This document shows, piece after piece, positions 27,501 through 37,300 of a stretch of DNA of 64,000 nt. Source of the DNA: a virus (Duplodnaviria > Caudoviricetes); IMG/VR virus record IMGVR_UViG_3300037502_002379, positions 50 to 64,049 of that record; one strand, written 5' to 3'. The notes beneath the pieces are model-generated. The model did not search any database. It was not told the DNA's origin and saw only the letters and a list, made by a program, of their open reading frames with translations. The stretch's first letter is position 1, and every line of letters starts with the position of its first letter. The position numbers and the translations under genes are program-made.

Positions 27501-30500
27501 CGGAAGGTATATCTTCGGGCTTTATAGTAGCAAACTCTTTTACCGCGCTATTAAATGATGTGTGATTTCTGCGCCTTGCTCTTTTCTGCAAGTCAGACAC
27601 CTTCTGCATTTCCTCCACAAAATTCGCATCATCAATTACTTTTTGCGCGTAGTCTAAAAACTTATCTAATTGCGCCTCATTTTTTACCGAAGCTGCACGA
27701 TTTATTAATGCTTTTATCTGTGTAGGCTTTAGCGTTTTTGCTATCTTGTTGTTATCAAGAAAATCTTTAATGCGTTGAGCAAACTCAAATTGTTCTTTTT
27801 TCGCACCCCTAAAACCCTCCCTTGCCGCTTTGACTTCAAGGCGAATTTGGTCTTTAAGGGCAGCTTTTTCATCAACTTCAACCTTTTTTCTTTCGGGCTT
27901 GAACGATTTATCCACTTCTCTTTTAGAAACAGATTTGCCACGTTCTGCATTATATTCACTTTGCGCTTCACTAAAAACTTCTACCAACGCAACATCATCG
28001 GCAGCAACATTAAATCGCTTGTTAAATCGTTCTTTAAATTCTTGAAAATTTAATCCACCTTCTTCTGCTTCAAACTGTCTTTTAGCATAATCTTTCCACT
28101 TGCTAAAGTTTTCTGTTTCTTTTTTAACATTTGCATTAGCTGCATCCCATGCTTTTTTTATAGCATATGTTAATTCTTCGCCTATCTCTTTAGCAAAATC
28201 AGCCGCATTTTTTACACCTTTTCGTATATATAAATATGCCAACTCTGTGTATAAATCAAGATTTTCAAAGTCTAAGCCGCTATAAAGTTTACCCTTTTTT
28301 CTTTCTTTTAGTTCAGCCAATTTTTTCGCTATCCTATCATCAATAGTTTCTGCACTCTCTACTACGGGTTCTTGCTTTGCTTTTTCTGCTGCTCGCTCTG
28401 CTTCTTGCTGTCTTGCATCACGCTCTTGAATAGCTTTACGGTTAGCATCCTCCGCGCCTTCCACAACTTGTTCTCCTTCGATTGCGGCTTTTGCAAGCTC
28501 TCTTTTTCTTTGTTCATCTGTTAAATTGTTTAAGTATTCATCGTATTCTTTAGCTAAAGCATCCGCATCTTTATCTGATATAGGCTTTACATTTATATCA
28601 TCAATAGCTTCTTGCAAATTTTTGGATTCTTGGTAGAATCGCTCCATCCCTTCTTCATCAAGTTCATATCCAAGTATAGCCTCTGCATCTGCTAATAATT
28701 CCGCACGCCTTGAAGCTGTATTGTTTTCACCGTAAAAAGTACCTTCTTTTTTTGTTTTTCCCAAACCAACACCATTAGGATATTTAACAATAAAATCATA
28801 AATATCTTGTTCTGTTATTTCAATGCCTACAAGGTCGCTCATTTCCTTTGCAAGCTGGTCTATGGTTGTTTTTATTTTAGCATTAGCTTTAGCAAAATAT
28901 GATTTCCTAATTGAATCATTTACATAGTTCCTATCACCAACCGCATTGAAACTTTCTTCTGTTATTCTGCCCATGTTATCAGCAATAACAGATTCTTTGT
29001 AATCAGAAACATTATCAGCAAACTCGCCTTTCACCATATCGGCTTGCATCAACTTTTCAGACGCTCGCCTAATTCTTACTTCTTCATCGGCAAGTGTTTG
29101 TTTTAATACTTCATCTTTAGTGGCATCAATTTGTTCTTGCTTAATTGTAACAATCGGAGGCGCGGTTATACTTGGTGCTTCTATGGGTTGTTTAGCTACT
29201 ACTTCTCCCCCTTCCGCTTGAAGTATTCCACCACCGCTAACCTCTGTTGCGCTTCCTTCTTGGATAGGTTCGACTTGGATAGGTTCTTGCCTTGTTCCGA
29301 CTTCACTTGATACCCCTGACTTGTTTTGACTATCATTTTGTTTATTTAAAAGTTCCTCTACCGCTTTTACTAATTCAGGATTACTGCCGTCTGCTTTGGC
29401 TTTATGGTAGGCTTCGGAGATAGCTTTACTATTTTTTGATTGTGGTATATACGTTGACCTTTCAACAACAACTTCTCCATTTGAATTTCTATATGAATTT
29501 TCAAATAAGTCAGAGGCATCCCTTGTAGCCAATTTAGCTGTTTCTGTTCCTAAGTGCTTAGAGTTAAATAATTTTACGGCAGAAGGATTGTTTTCAAATT
29601 CGTTTTTATCATTTCTAAAGTATTGTTGTAGCTCTATTTCAGTATTACCTTTTTTGTCTATTTTTCTTTCAACTACCCAATACTCGTCTTCATTTACAAC
29701 TATCCTATCGCCCGTCTGAGCGTTTGCAATTAACCATTCGCCTAATGCTTTAGGAGATTGTTCAGTTTTACTTTGTTCGCCAGCTTTATTAAAACCTTCT
29801 GATATTTTTTGTGTAATACCTAATGTTTCAGATGTAACGTCTGTACCTTCTACAATTTCTTCGCCAATTACTTTAGTTTTAGTTTCTGTGGCTGCTGTTT
29901 TTTTCTTTTTTGTTAGCTCATCCAACGCCTTAGCCGTTGCTTCTACGTTTGCTAATGCAGGATTTTGTTCAGGTATAACTTGACTTTCGGGTTGTGTTTG
30001 TAAAGGTGTGGCTTGATTTTCTACATCGGCAACGGTTGCTTCTGCCCCAACTCCACTATCCTCAACAACACTTTCTGATACTGTTTCTGCAACTCCTTCT
30101 TCTGCTTTTGTGGTTGCTTCTGTTGCAGTCTGTTGTATAGGTTCTCCAACTGCTGTTGTAGTTGCTGCATCGGTTTCTTTTTTCGGTTCTACTTCAAATG
30201 TTCGCGGTGCTTCTAAGAACTGTTTCTGTGCTGCATCCCACATTCTAACATCGCCTTTACGAGTAATGTACAACTGCCCGTCTTTTAATTCAGATGTATT
30301 CTCCCCTGCGCTGTCCATGTATTTCGGTGGGAGTGGAATAGCTATTGACTTGTCTAATTGGTCAATCTGCATCTGCACAATAGGCTTAACGGCATCGCTA
30401 ACTTTTTCCATTTCGGATTCAAGTTTCTGACGCTGTTCAATGATTTCAGCCATATCGTTCTGCTCGTCCAAAGTCATATTACTTGGCATAGCATTTAAGG

Positions 30501-31647
30501 CTTTCTTTCTGTTGATAACATCTTGTGTTATTTCGGCTGCCTCTTGTTCGGTTATTGCGCCTTGCTTAACGGCTTCTTGGGCTGCGGCTTGCGACACCTC
30601 AATAGGTTGTGTAGCGGCAATAGTAACTGCATCTTTTTTATCGGCTTTGTCAACGCCTTTCGTGTATAGTTTGCCTATCGTGCTTTTGGATATGTAATTA
30701 ATAACGGGTTGCGATGCTTGTGTGCCTGCTGTAAATAATAATTCGCCTGCAACATTCTCCGCAACACCACTTGTCAACTCACGTTTCAATCCTTGCTTTT
30801 GCGCTTCTACGTTGGTTGCTAACTGCGCACCACCTGCCGTTCCTGCATCTATTGTAGCATCCAACGCAAACTCAATACCTTTCTTTAGCAACTTACTACC
30901 CGACTTAAACGGTATGCTTGCTACTCTTGTTATTGGTAACGCACCCATTGCGCCCTCTGCCACACCGCCTATGCCGCCAGTTTGCGCTACTTGCTGTGCT
31001 ATGTCAATGGCTTGGTCGGGTGTTTTGCCTTCTTCAATGGCTTGGTAATACGCTTCTTTAAACGCACCCGTAAATCCTTGTCGGTATCCATCTCCCATAG
31101 CCACGCCCGTTGCAGCTACAACACTCGCAATAGGTGATGCAGGTGCGGCTGCTATACCCGCACCGATTGACTTTAACATACCTATGCCACTACCTCCTAT
31201 AATCTCTGCTCCCGTTTGAAATATGTTTTGTTCTTGCTGTGGTAATTGCTCCGACCGTCTTTTTTCAAGCAATTCAATCTTGCGTTCTTTCGGAACGTTT
31301 GATGCCAAAATATCGTAGTCAATGCTATTGTCAGTGTATGATTTAATACCACGCATAAAAGCTGATTTGACCTTTGTTGCTTCGGACGGCTTTTCACCAA
31401 CAACCTCTACTTCTTTCACCATGTACCCTTCGGGCGTAGGCGTTACTATCTTTTCGTCAACAGTTGTCGTAGGTGTCGCAGAAGGCTCTGTACGCTGCTG
31501 CAAAGGCTGCGATTGTTCGTTGCCACCATTTTTTTTTTCAATGGCTACTCCTCCAAACTCTGCAAACGGGTCGTCTGTTTGTTGTGTAGGTTTTGTTTCT
31601 ATTGCACTACCTCCAAATTCCGCAAATGGGTCTTTATCTTCTTGCAT
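24559..31647 (-). CDS. large (2362 aa) ejection/internal virion protein
   Basis: N-terminal DPFAEFGG repeats, A/G-rich hydrophobic segment, long helical body; third gene of a podovirus-type ejection block. Confidence 0.7.
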   Translation of the reverse strand: MQEDKDPFAEFGGSAIETKPTQQTDDPFAEFGGVAIEKKNGGNEQSQPLQQRTEPSATPTTTVDEKIVTPTPEGYMVKEVEVVGEKPSEATKVKSAFMRGIKSYTDNSIDYDILASNVPKERKIELLEKRRSEQLPQQEQNIFQTGAEIIGGSGIGMLKSIGAGIAAAPASPIASVVAATGVAMGDGYRQGFTGAFKEAYYQAIEEGKTPDQAIDIAQQVAQTGGIGGVAEGAMGALPITRVASIPFKSGSKLLKKGIEFALDATIDAGTAGGAQLATNVEAQKQGLKRELTSGVAENVAGELLFTAGTQASQPVINYISKSTIGKLYTKGVDKADKKDAVTIAATQPIEVSQAAAQEAVKQGAITEQEAAEITQDVINRKKALNAMPSNMTLDEQNDMAEIIEQRQKLESEMEKVSDAVKPIVQMQIDQLDKSIAIPLPPKYMDSAGENTSELKDGQLYITRKGDVRMWDAAQKQFLEAPRTFEVEPKKETDAATTTAVGEPIQQTATEATTKAEEGVAETVSESVVEDSGVGAEATVADVENQATPLQTQPESQVIPEQNPALANVEATAKALDELTKKKKTAATETKTKVIGEEIVEGTDVTSETLGITQKISEGFNKAGEQSKTEQSPKALGEWLIANAQTGDRIVVNEDEYWVVERKIDKKGNTEIELQQYFRNDKNEFENNPSAVKLFNSKHLGTETAKLATRDASDLFENSYRNSNGEVVVERSTYIPQSKNSKAISEAYHKAKADGSNPELVKAVEELLNKQNDSQNKSGVSSEVGTRQEPIQVEPIQEGSATEVSGGGILQAEGGEVVAKQPIEAPSITAPPIVTIKQEQIDATKDEVLKQTLADEEVRIRRASEKLMQADMVKGEFADNVSDYKESVIADNMGRITEESFNAVGDRNYVNDSIRKSYFAKANAKIKTTIDQLAKEMSDLVGIEITEQDIYDFIVKYPNGVGLGKTKKEGTFYGENNTASRRAELLADAEAILGYELDEEGMERFYQESKNLQEAIDDINVKPISDKDADALAKEYDEYLNNLTDEQRKRELAKAAIEGEQVVEGAEDANRKAIQERDARQQEAERAAEKAKQEPVVESAETIDDRIAKKLAELKERKKGKLYSGLDFENLDLYTELAYLYIRKGVKNAADFAKEIGEELTYAIKKAWDAANANVKKETENFSKWKDYAKRQFEAEEGGLNFQEFKERFNKRFNVAADDVALVEVFSEAQSEYNAERGKSVSKREVDKSFKPERKKVEVDEKAALKDQIRLEVKAAREGFRGAKKEQFEFAQRIKDFLDNNKIAKTLKPTQIKALINRAASVKNEAQLDKFLDYAQKVIDDANFVEEMQKVSDLQKRARRRNHTSFNSAVKEFATIKPEDIPSDKLPDYIAALNDLANGVPNYKKMQEMFYDITQFKRQPKPFENVKTFNEAEDALKKALSTKIDTIEDYKELLKNIRAFNKRVNQLFEDGTITEQERNDLLDALAKDRKAFDAKFGADVDRLKTDLIKDALAVQSTQEYKDAVADIKSPTDKELLFEFSAIKPADLKRLPPEMLSDLADILQNVADGFVDHYRLRDIVSEANALRNAEAVARQVEAKSPSVENVNAKLNELAKEEVAFREGELGLGRKKAGALTKYIYDPLISAIEKANRQTQLGVNELKSIFGNQNKQSRLRMGIVANMLQEYMAQYNPKFSKVENIGNRDWVKDVFDKKLQSRFKDEKEAKEVLKAWESLVGDKLESGKSLSPKELYDSFMANDGKYLTKEEGAALAKWFKYAEDVNADKQKASNEMRGKEFNAQPFYAPRIRRDGDATIDDDTYDVAIDSKTNRISIKSPFGESRTSQEVEALNYDIVETAEKAISNANRDYELTKAMQEVNRTINAATNKKTSDVMAVVAKDVKESLVRQYGNTLKSDPIRKLQNLRSTLVQLNPLKTVKEFVATLSSMPTRGGEPLGYIELFKRGGMKDILEFTGSPLAERLNVNQQFQLTEGEIKSMSPMQKAAYYLGGTPEMTMMKTVYMPIFRDEFKAATGNDFDISKFRSDEKYRSDNLQAIKDANAVASNEVQKIIGSGSRFGARREIKIPFSGKTIPLFGKDIKNIDADTPTGQIISFMGGYPYREQKEFWNGFKEVAERWKEGEGIGALRSLRKPLAVSINMLVYAYMGQVVRTIAAQIKGEEEEKKQEKQLEDKFTTEGLSKTVAGQAINIASAKYGAIGSTISKSALAIAAYNTKDEAVKKKIRDIAKENFYGLSPDIDKITSKNKFAANEAIKKYEADLIPALGVISEGVTNASGTVMDIADISKKVANGENVTDEEKELWQIANTGVNALHILLMTMGGGLPSYYDIKAAVENKAKETNKPTELTD

Positions 31648-33320
31648 TACTTACGTTTTGCTTGTGGGTATTTCTTTAAAAAATCAGCTAATTTATCTTC
31701 GGGGATTTGTCCTTCTTTCCCATTCAATACAACCGTTATCATTTTTGGCTGCGCTTGCTTTTCAGGTTCGGTTTTGGGTTGTGGTGTTTGCTGCTGCTGA
31801 ACACTTGGCGGCACTACACCTTGCTTTTCTGTTACAACAAAAGGTTTATCCACTTTCGCATTGAACTTAGCAATGTCGCTTTCTGTGGTCTTGTAAATTT
31901 TACTGTAATCAATCTTGCCGTCTTTACCCAAAAACTTCTTAATGGCTTCGTTTTTAGATGCAATTAGTTTGTCTGAATCCTTGCCTTTGCCTTGCAAGTA
32001 AACATCTGTTAATTGTTCTGGTGTTGTTGGAATAAACGGACTATCTCTTAATTTTCTTCTGTAAGCGTCAATAGTTTCGGTTGTAGCGTATTTCATAATT
32101 CCGTCCTTGCCTACGGTAACAAATTCAATCTTGTTTTCCGTAACAATAGGTTCACCGCTTTTATCTAATTGATTTGCAACAGTACCGTCATCTTGCGGAA
32201 TTTTTGGTGTGTAGTTGCCTATTGGCGCACCAACTTTCTGCCCTAAATAAAATCGCTTTTCTTTTGTTCTTGGGTCAACAAATTGCACACCTGCTAATTC
32301 CCTTGAATCTTTTTGGTATATCTTGGTCATTCTTGCCAAAAAGCCCAACGCATCTTCCGCTTCTTTTGCGCCTTTAAAATCTTCAAAACGCATTTTATTG
32401 CGCAACTTCAATTCTTCTTTATCGGCTTCACTCATTTTAAGTTCTTTATAGGCTTTCTCATTTGTCTGCCTATTCATAAACTCTTGCATAACATAAAAAG
32501 CTGCCATCTCATTAGGGTCTTGAACATCAAACCCCATTGTCTTGGCTTCTTCCATATCAGATGCAGCTGTGCCATTTTCAATAGCCATCTTGTACACCTT
32601 AGTAGCGGAATTTCTTATGTTCTTAGTGTTATCCCTAAATGCTGACCTTGCAAAAGCCTTTGCTTGGTCTGGTGTTACATTTACCATTTCCGATACTTCA
32701 TAATCCCTTCCATCTATTTTCTCAATAGAAGGCTTACCAACTTGCCTTTCTGCAAATGCACCTTTTTCAGTTGTAAATATTTCTCCTACCGCTTCTTGCA
32801 ATGTAGGCTGTTTCTTTATCTTAAATAGTTCGGGTCTTAATGCGCCTCTTTGGTCAATAGGTGTTGTGCGAAGTTTTGCTGCCTTAGCCTTTAAATCGTC
32901 TATGTCGTCATCTTCTTTGATGCCTTTAAACATTTCATCAAGCGCATCCTTATCTTGCTTAGAGGCGTTAAAAATGGTCTTATATTCCATCTCTGCCGCC
33001 TTTGCAGCGTCTAATGCTTCTTTGGCTTCTTGTGAGTTTGGTCTTGTTGATAAAATTTGATATGCTCTGCTTCTTGCTTTTACGGCATTGTTAAAGGTAT
33101 TTTTTATCGCTTCTGAATCTTCGGGTAAATAACCCGTATCTGCTTTCAAATCACCTATCAACGCTTTGGCTTGTTCGGCTTTGGCTGCTTGTTCTTTTGC
33201 GGCACGTAGCTGTTCGCGCTCAATCCTATTAAGCGCGTCTTGTTGGGCTTCGTAAATCCCTGCGTCATACGGGTCTGCAACGCCTATCCCCGAAGTAGAT
33301 GAAATATATCCTGCTGCCAT
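31647..33320 (-). CDS. putative ejection/internal virion protein
   Basis: Helical, A/K/E-rich; position in the block. Confidence 0.6.
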   Translation of the reverse strand: MAAGYISSTSGIGVADPYDAGIYEAQQDALNRIEREQLRAAKEQAAKAEQAKALIGDLKADTGYLPEDSEAIKNTFNNAVKARSRAYQILSTRPNSQEAKEALDAAKAAEMEYKTIFNASKQDKDALDEMFKGIKEDDDIDDLKAKAAKLRTTPIDQRGALRPELFKIKKQPTLQEAVGEIFTTEKGAFAERQVGKPSIEKIDGRDYEVSEMVNVTPDQAKAFARSAFRDNTKNIRNSATKVYKMAIENGTAASDMEEAKTMGFDVQDPNEMAAFYVMQEFMNRQTNEKAYKELKMSEADKEELKLRNKMRFEDFKGAKEAEDALGFLARMTKIYQKDSRELAGVQFVDPRTKEKRFYLGQKVGAPIGNYTPKIPQDDGTVANQLDKSGEPIVTENKIEFVTVGKDGIMKYATTETIDAYRRKLRDSPFIPTTPEQLTDVYLQGKGKDSDKLIASKNEAIKKFLGKDGKIDYSKIYKTTESDIAKFNAKVDKPFVVTEKQGVVPPSVQQQQTPQPKTEPEKQAQPKMITVVLNGKEGQIPEDKLADFLKKYPQAKRK

Positions 33321-34312
33321 TATTTTTTATAAAAACTGTTTATTTGATTTAGAAAATTCGGGTCTTTAAGCATTTTTAAAATTTCATTATCTGTTGCATT
33401 TTTATCTGCAATTCCCATTTTTCTAACAAGAAATATATTTGAAATATCTTTAGTGGATAAAGATTTTGTATCAACTTCCTCGTCCTTAAATACCCTTTTC
33501 AAAAAGTCCTCTCGGCTTTCTTTTGGGGTGTATGGCGTATCTTCATCGCTTGATACTATGTCAATCGGCATTGGTTTAAAATCCTCGCCTTTATCGCTAC
33601 TACTTGGCAGTACAGAAGATGATTTATTGCCAAATAAGCTAGTGGTCAATGCAGAAGTAAAAGCATCTCCTTTTGTTGGAATATATCCTTCTTTAGCTTG
33701 TTTTTGTTGATTAGAAAAATCTATTGCTGCGCTAATGCCAGCATCTAATCCACCGCCTAGCGAAGTTAAAGCTCCCGTTGCTGATTTTAAAAACTGCCCT
33801 TCTGCTGCTTCGGTGCGCTTTAATGCGCTATCCTCTAAAGCCATAGCCCTACGCTGCAATGCTTCGCGTCTTTCGCGTTGTTCAATTTCCAAATCGCGTT
33901 CCTTTTCACCAACTTGCCACAAAGTATTCAATGCTTGCCTTGCGCCTTGTGTTCTAAACTCTGCATCACGCGCTGCCAACTCTTGCGTTGCCTTGTTTTT
34001 AGCACCGATTGTTGAGGCTATTGCCGCACTTGCAACCGCACCGCTTGGGGAACTTTGTTGTATCGCTTTTAAGTTGTTTGCTGCGTCTGCATCCAACATC
34101 TTTTGTGCTGTGAATGTAGATGCCAAACCTTGTGTAGCCATCATATCAGCACCACGCCTTGCTTGCTCAAACTCCTTTCGCAAAGGTGTTTTCTTTATCT
34201 GCTTTGATTCTGCAATCAATTCAGAAGCCCTTGCGCGTTGCTTCCCTGCTCTGTTGGCATCAATACCTAGTTTTAATGCTGATGTTGCTAATCCGAAAAT
34301 GTTTTGTAGCAT
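33320..34312 (-). CDS. putative ejection (pilot) protein
   Basis: A/G/Q-rich helical protein directly after the tail stabilisation gene. Confidence 0.6.
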   Translation of the reverse strand: MLQNIFGLATSALKLGIDANRAGKQRARASELIAESKQIKKTPLRKEFEQARRGADMMATQGLASTFTAQKMLDADAANNLKAIQQSSPSGAVASAAIASTIGAKNKATQELAARDAEFRTQGARQALNTLWQVGEKERDLEIEQRERREALQRRAMALEDSALKRTEAAEGQFLKSATGALTSLGGGLDAGISAAIDFSNQQKQAKEGYIPTKGDAFTSALTTSLFGNKSSSVLPSSSDKGEDFKPMPIDIVSSDEDTPYTPKESREDFLKRVFKDEEVDTKSLSTKDISNIFLVRKMGIADKNATDNEILKMLKDPNFLNQINSFYKK

Positions 34313-34336
34313 AACGCAAAGATATTTAAAGTTTAG

Positions 34337-37300
34337 TTAAAAAGTTATTCTTTCTGAAACTTGATATGCTGTTACTATTCCTTTCAATGTTTCTAAATCG
34401 TTGCCATCGTTGCGCATTTTAACAACAATCATGTTTGACCTCATTGCCCGCCCGTTGATAATAGGATTAGATACCGCTACCGTATTCAAGTCGCGCTTAA
34501 ATGAACTGTGCCAATATGCTTCTTTTTTGACAAAACTTGACTTGTCAATTCTTGACAACTGACCGTTATCATTGCTTATTTCGTATATCGTCCAATTGTT
34601 CGTATTAGCAGTATTCAGTATCTCTAAATACATTGCTTGCCATACTTTAGGCGCAATGTTTTCAGTATTGACAATATACCACAATTCCGATACCGCTTGC
34701 ACTCCGTAAAAGTTATTGTACGTTGCGCTTCTGTCATGCAGCCATATTCTGCCCGATACAAACGAAACTATATTGTTACCCGATTGTCCGTATGCTTCGG
34801 GCGTGAATGAGTAAAATGTAGTCCATCTGTTTTTAGGCTCAAAGAAAGCAATGGTCTTTGCAGGTGTACCGCCTATCAAAGTAAATACCGCTTCGTTTTT
34901 GTACTCGTCAAATTGACCTATAATACTTGTTCTGCCAACCAATTCAGATTTGAACAATGACTTTGCCTTGTAATCGCTTATTGCATTTAGCCCGTCATTA
35001 GCCCTTCTCCATACCAATGTCATACGTTGGTCTGCGCCATAAATGTAGCCATTCCAAAAGAACACACTCTCTGCGTGTTGCGTTCCCCAATCTTGCATAT
35101 ACGGATTGTCCGTTCCAAAAAACTCCTCTGCCGATGCAACTAAAGACGATGCTTGTTCCGCGTCTATTAACAACTGACGCTTTAAATAACTCGACACAAT
35201 CTTCTTGCTATGAATAGATATTAACGTATTTTCTACGGGTACAAGTCTAAATAACTCACCATAAGATAGGCTTAACTCTTTTTCGTTTGCAGGTTCAAAG
35301 TTTGACAACCCATTGATTTGTGTATTAGGCAAATACAAGTTTGAGTGCTGCAATAATGTTGGTCTGAATATCTGATTAAGGCTATCCGTTACTAACCCCG
35401 TTCTGCCTATATCTTCATCTTCACTTTCGTAAAAGTCTGATATGGTTTTACACTCAAATATATCAACATAGTATTTAGATGCTGACCCTGCTTCAAATAC
35501 AGGCACTTTGCGGTATCTAAAATAACTATCGCCACCTTCAAATGTTCCACTTGTAACGCTATGCTGCCCGTTTACTACATCGTAGCACTCACCTATCTCA
35601 TACCATGTTTCTTCTTCTGTTTCCGCACCTAGCAAGCTGTTGTATATCTCAATCATACAGCCGCTTTCTATTTCTACATTAACTCCGTTGTTGCGAAGTA
35701 TTACGGTCTGTGTTGTGGTTTCATAATTGACAATCTCAAAGTCTATCAGTTGCTCATAGCGAACCCCGTTCTTATCGGCAACCAATCTTAACCTATCACC
35801 TGCATCAAATTCGTATGTAACAAGGCTGCTATTATTCAGTCTGTAATAATCAACAATATTGGTAATAGATACTTTTATGCTTGTATAGCCACCTGCTTCA
35901 AACGAAGTAAGTATTTCAGGCAATTCTGTTGTGCCATCTACATCGTATGACGTTAAAGCAAGATACTGAACATCAGAACATATCCACGACAACTGCTTGC
36001 CATATATTCTATCCTTTGTTCGCATCCATTGGTATGTGCTTGCAAACGATGGCGCTGCCGATTGTAATGTCCAACTGATATTTGCTGCTCCATCTTTAAA
36101 TACACCAATCTGACCGATTGCGTCTAACGGCTCTGTTATGAAAGGTATGTAAATATCTGCAACGGGTATTACGGTTGTATAGCGTCCTGCTTCATCGCTG
36201 TATCGCAACCCAAACCTTTTAAAGCTACCACGCTTTTCGGACTTGGTAATTATGTTGCCGCTATCAGTTGCGATAACTGTACCAACATCAAACTTAGCTG
36301 TGGGAGAAAACGGAGGCGGTGTAGTTGTGGCGTTAGTACCAAACTCCGTAAACTGTATGTTTTCTATTGCACCGTTGTCATAAACAATTGTACAAAAATC
36401 AGTACCGCCAAATATCAGATTATCAAAAATTCGGTTGTTGCTGTTGATATACCCATTTTGCCATCTGCTACCCCATGCAATTAATCTGAAATTGCCCAAG
36501 TTATCTTGCGTTGCTAATCTTCCGTTGGTGTAAACAAGGTTAGCAAATACGGGTTCTCCGTTTGCATCAACTACTCTACCCGTAATTACACTTGAACAAG
36601 TAAGCCTTGCCAATGTGTTGGTTACGGGTATAATTAAGTCATTGAAATCATCGCTAATAAATATGGTGTTATTCCATATCGTTGCAGAAGAAGCAGAATA
36701 AGGAGTAAGTGTTCCATTTTTTAAAGCCCACAAAGCCGATGTTTGCGTATCTCTGTAAATAACATCTCCACCCTGCCTAAGTGCTGTTGGTGCGTTTGGC
36801 GTTGCGCTTACTTGGTCTGCTAAAATTCTAATGGATTGCGTATCGTAATCGCTTGTAAAGAAGTATCCGTTATGGTCTGTAACGCATCTATTGTATTCAA
36901 TATTTGGTGCGCTATCAAATGTAACAAGCGACCTTTCAACAGATATTGCCGATTGCAAATCTTCTACACCAACTGCTCCGTTTGCATCGTATAGGTATCC
37001 CGTTGCAACTTTAAAATACCCATCTCCGCTATTATTGGGCAATTGCCGCCAAAGCACCATGTCTTGCACAACAAACTCTCCAATGTAAACATCTGAATTT
37101 GTTACTTCTACAACTATTTCGCCAACACCTCCTTTCCATGCACCACCAATGGGGCTATCATCTACTCCGTAAACATTGGTTGATGTCTGCTGATAGCTTC
37201 TACCTGACCTTAAATCATATATGCCACCTTTGCCCAATACATCGCCAAAACTGCACCAATGCGAAGCAAGCCTTATGACGTGCCTTCCTGCGGGCAACTC

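Noticed and set aside
33735-34340. Long + strand ORFs antisense to structural genes (33735..34340, 31322..31864, 42587..43177, 47866..48354)
   Set aside because: These are shadow ORFs of Ala-rich, codon-biased minus-strand genes, with no independent signals.
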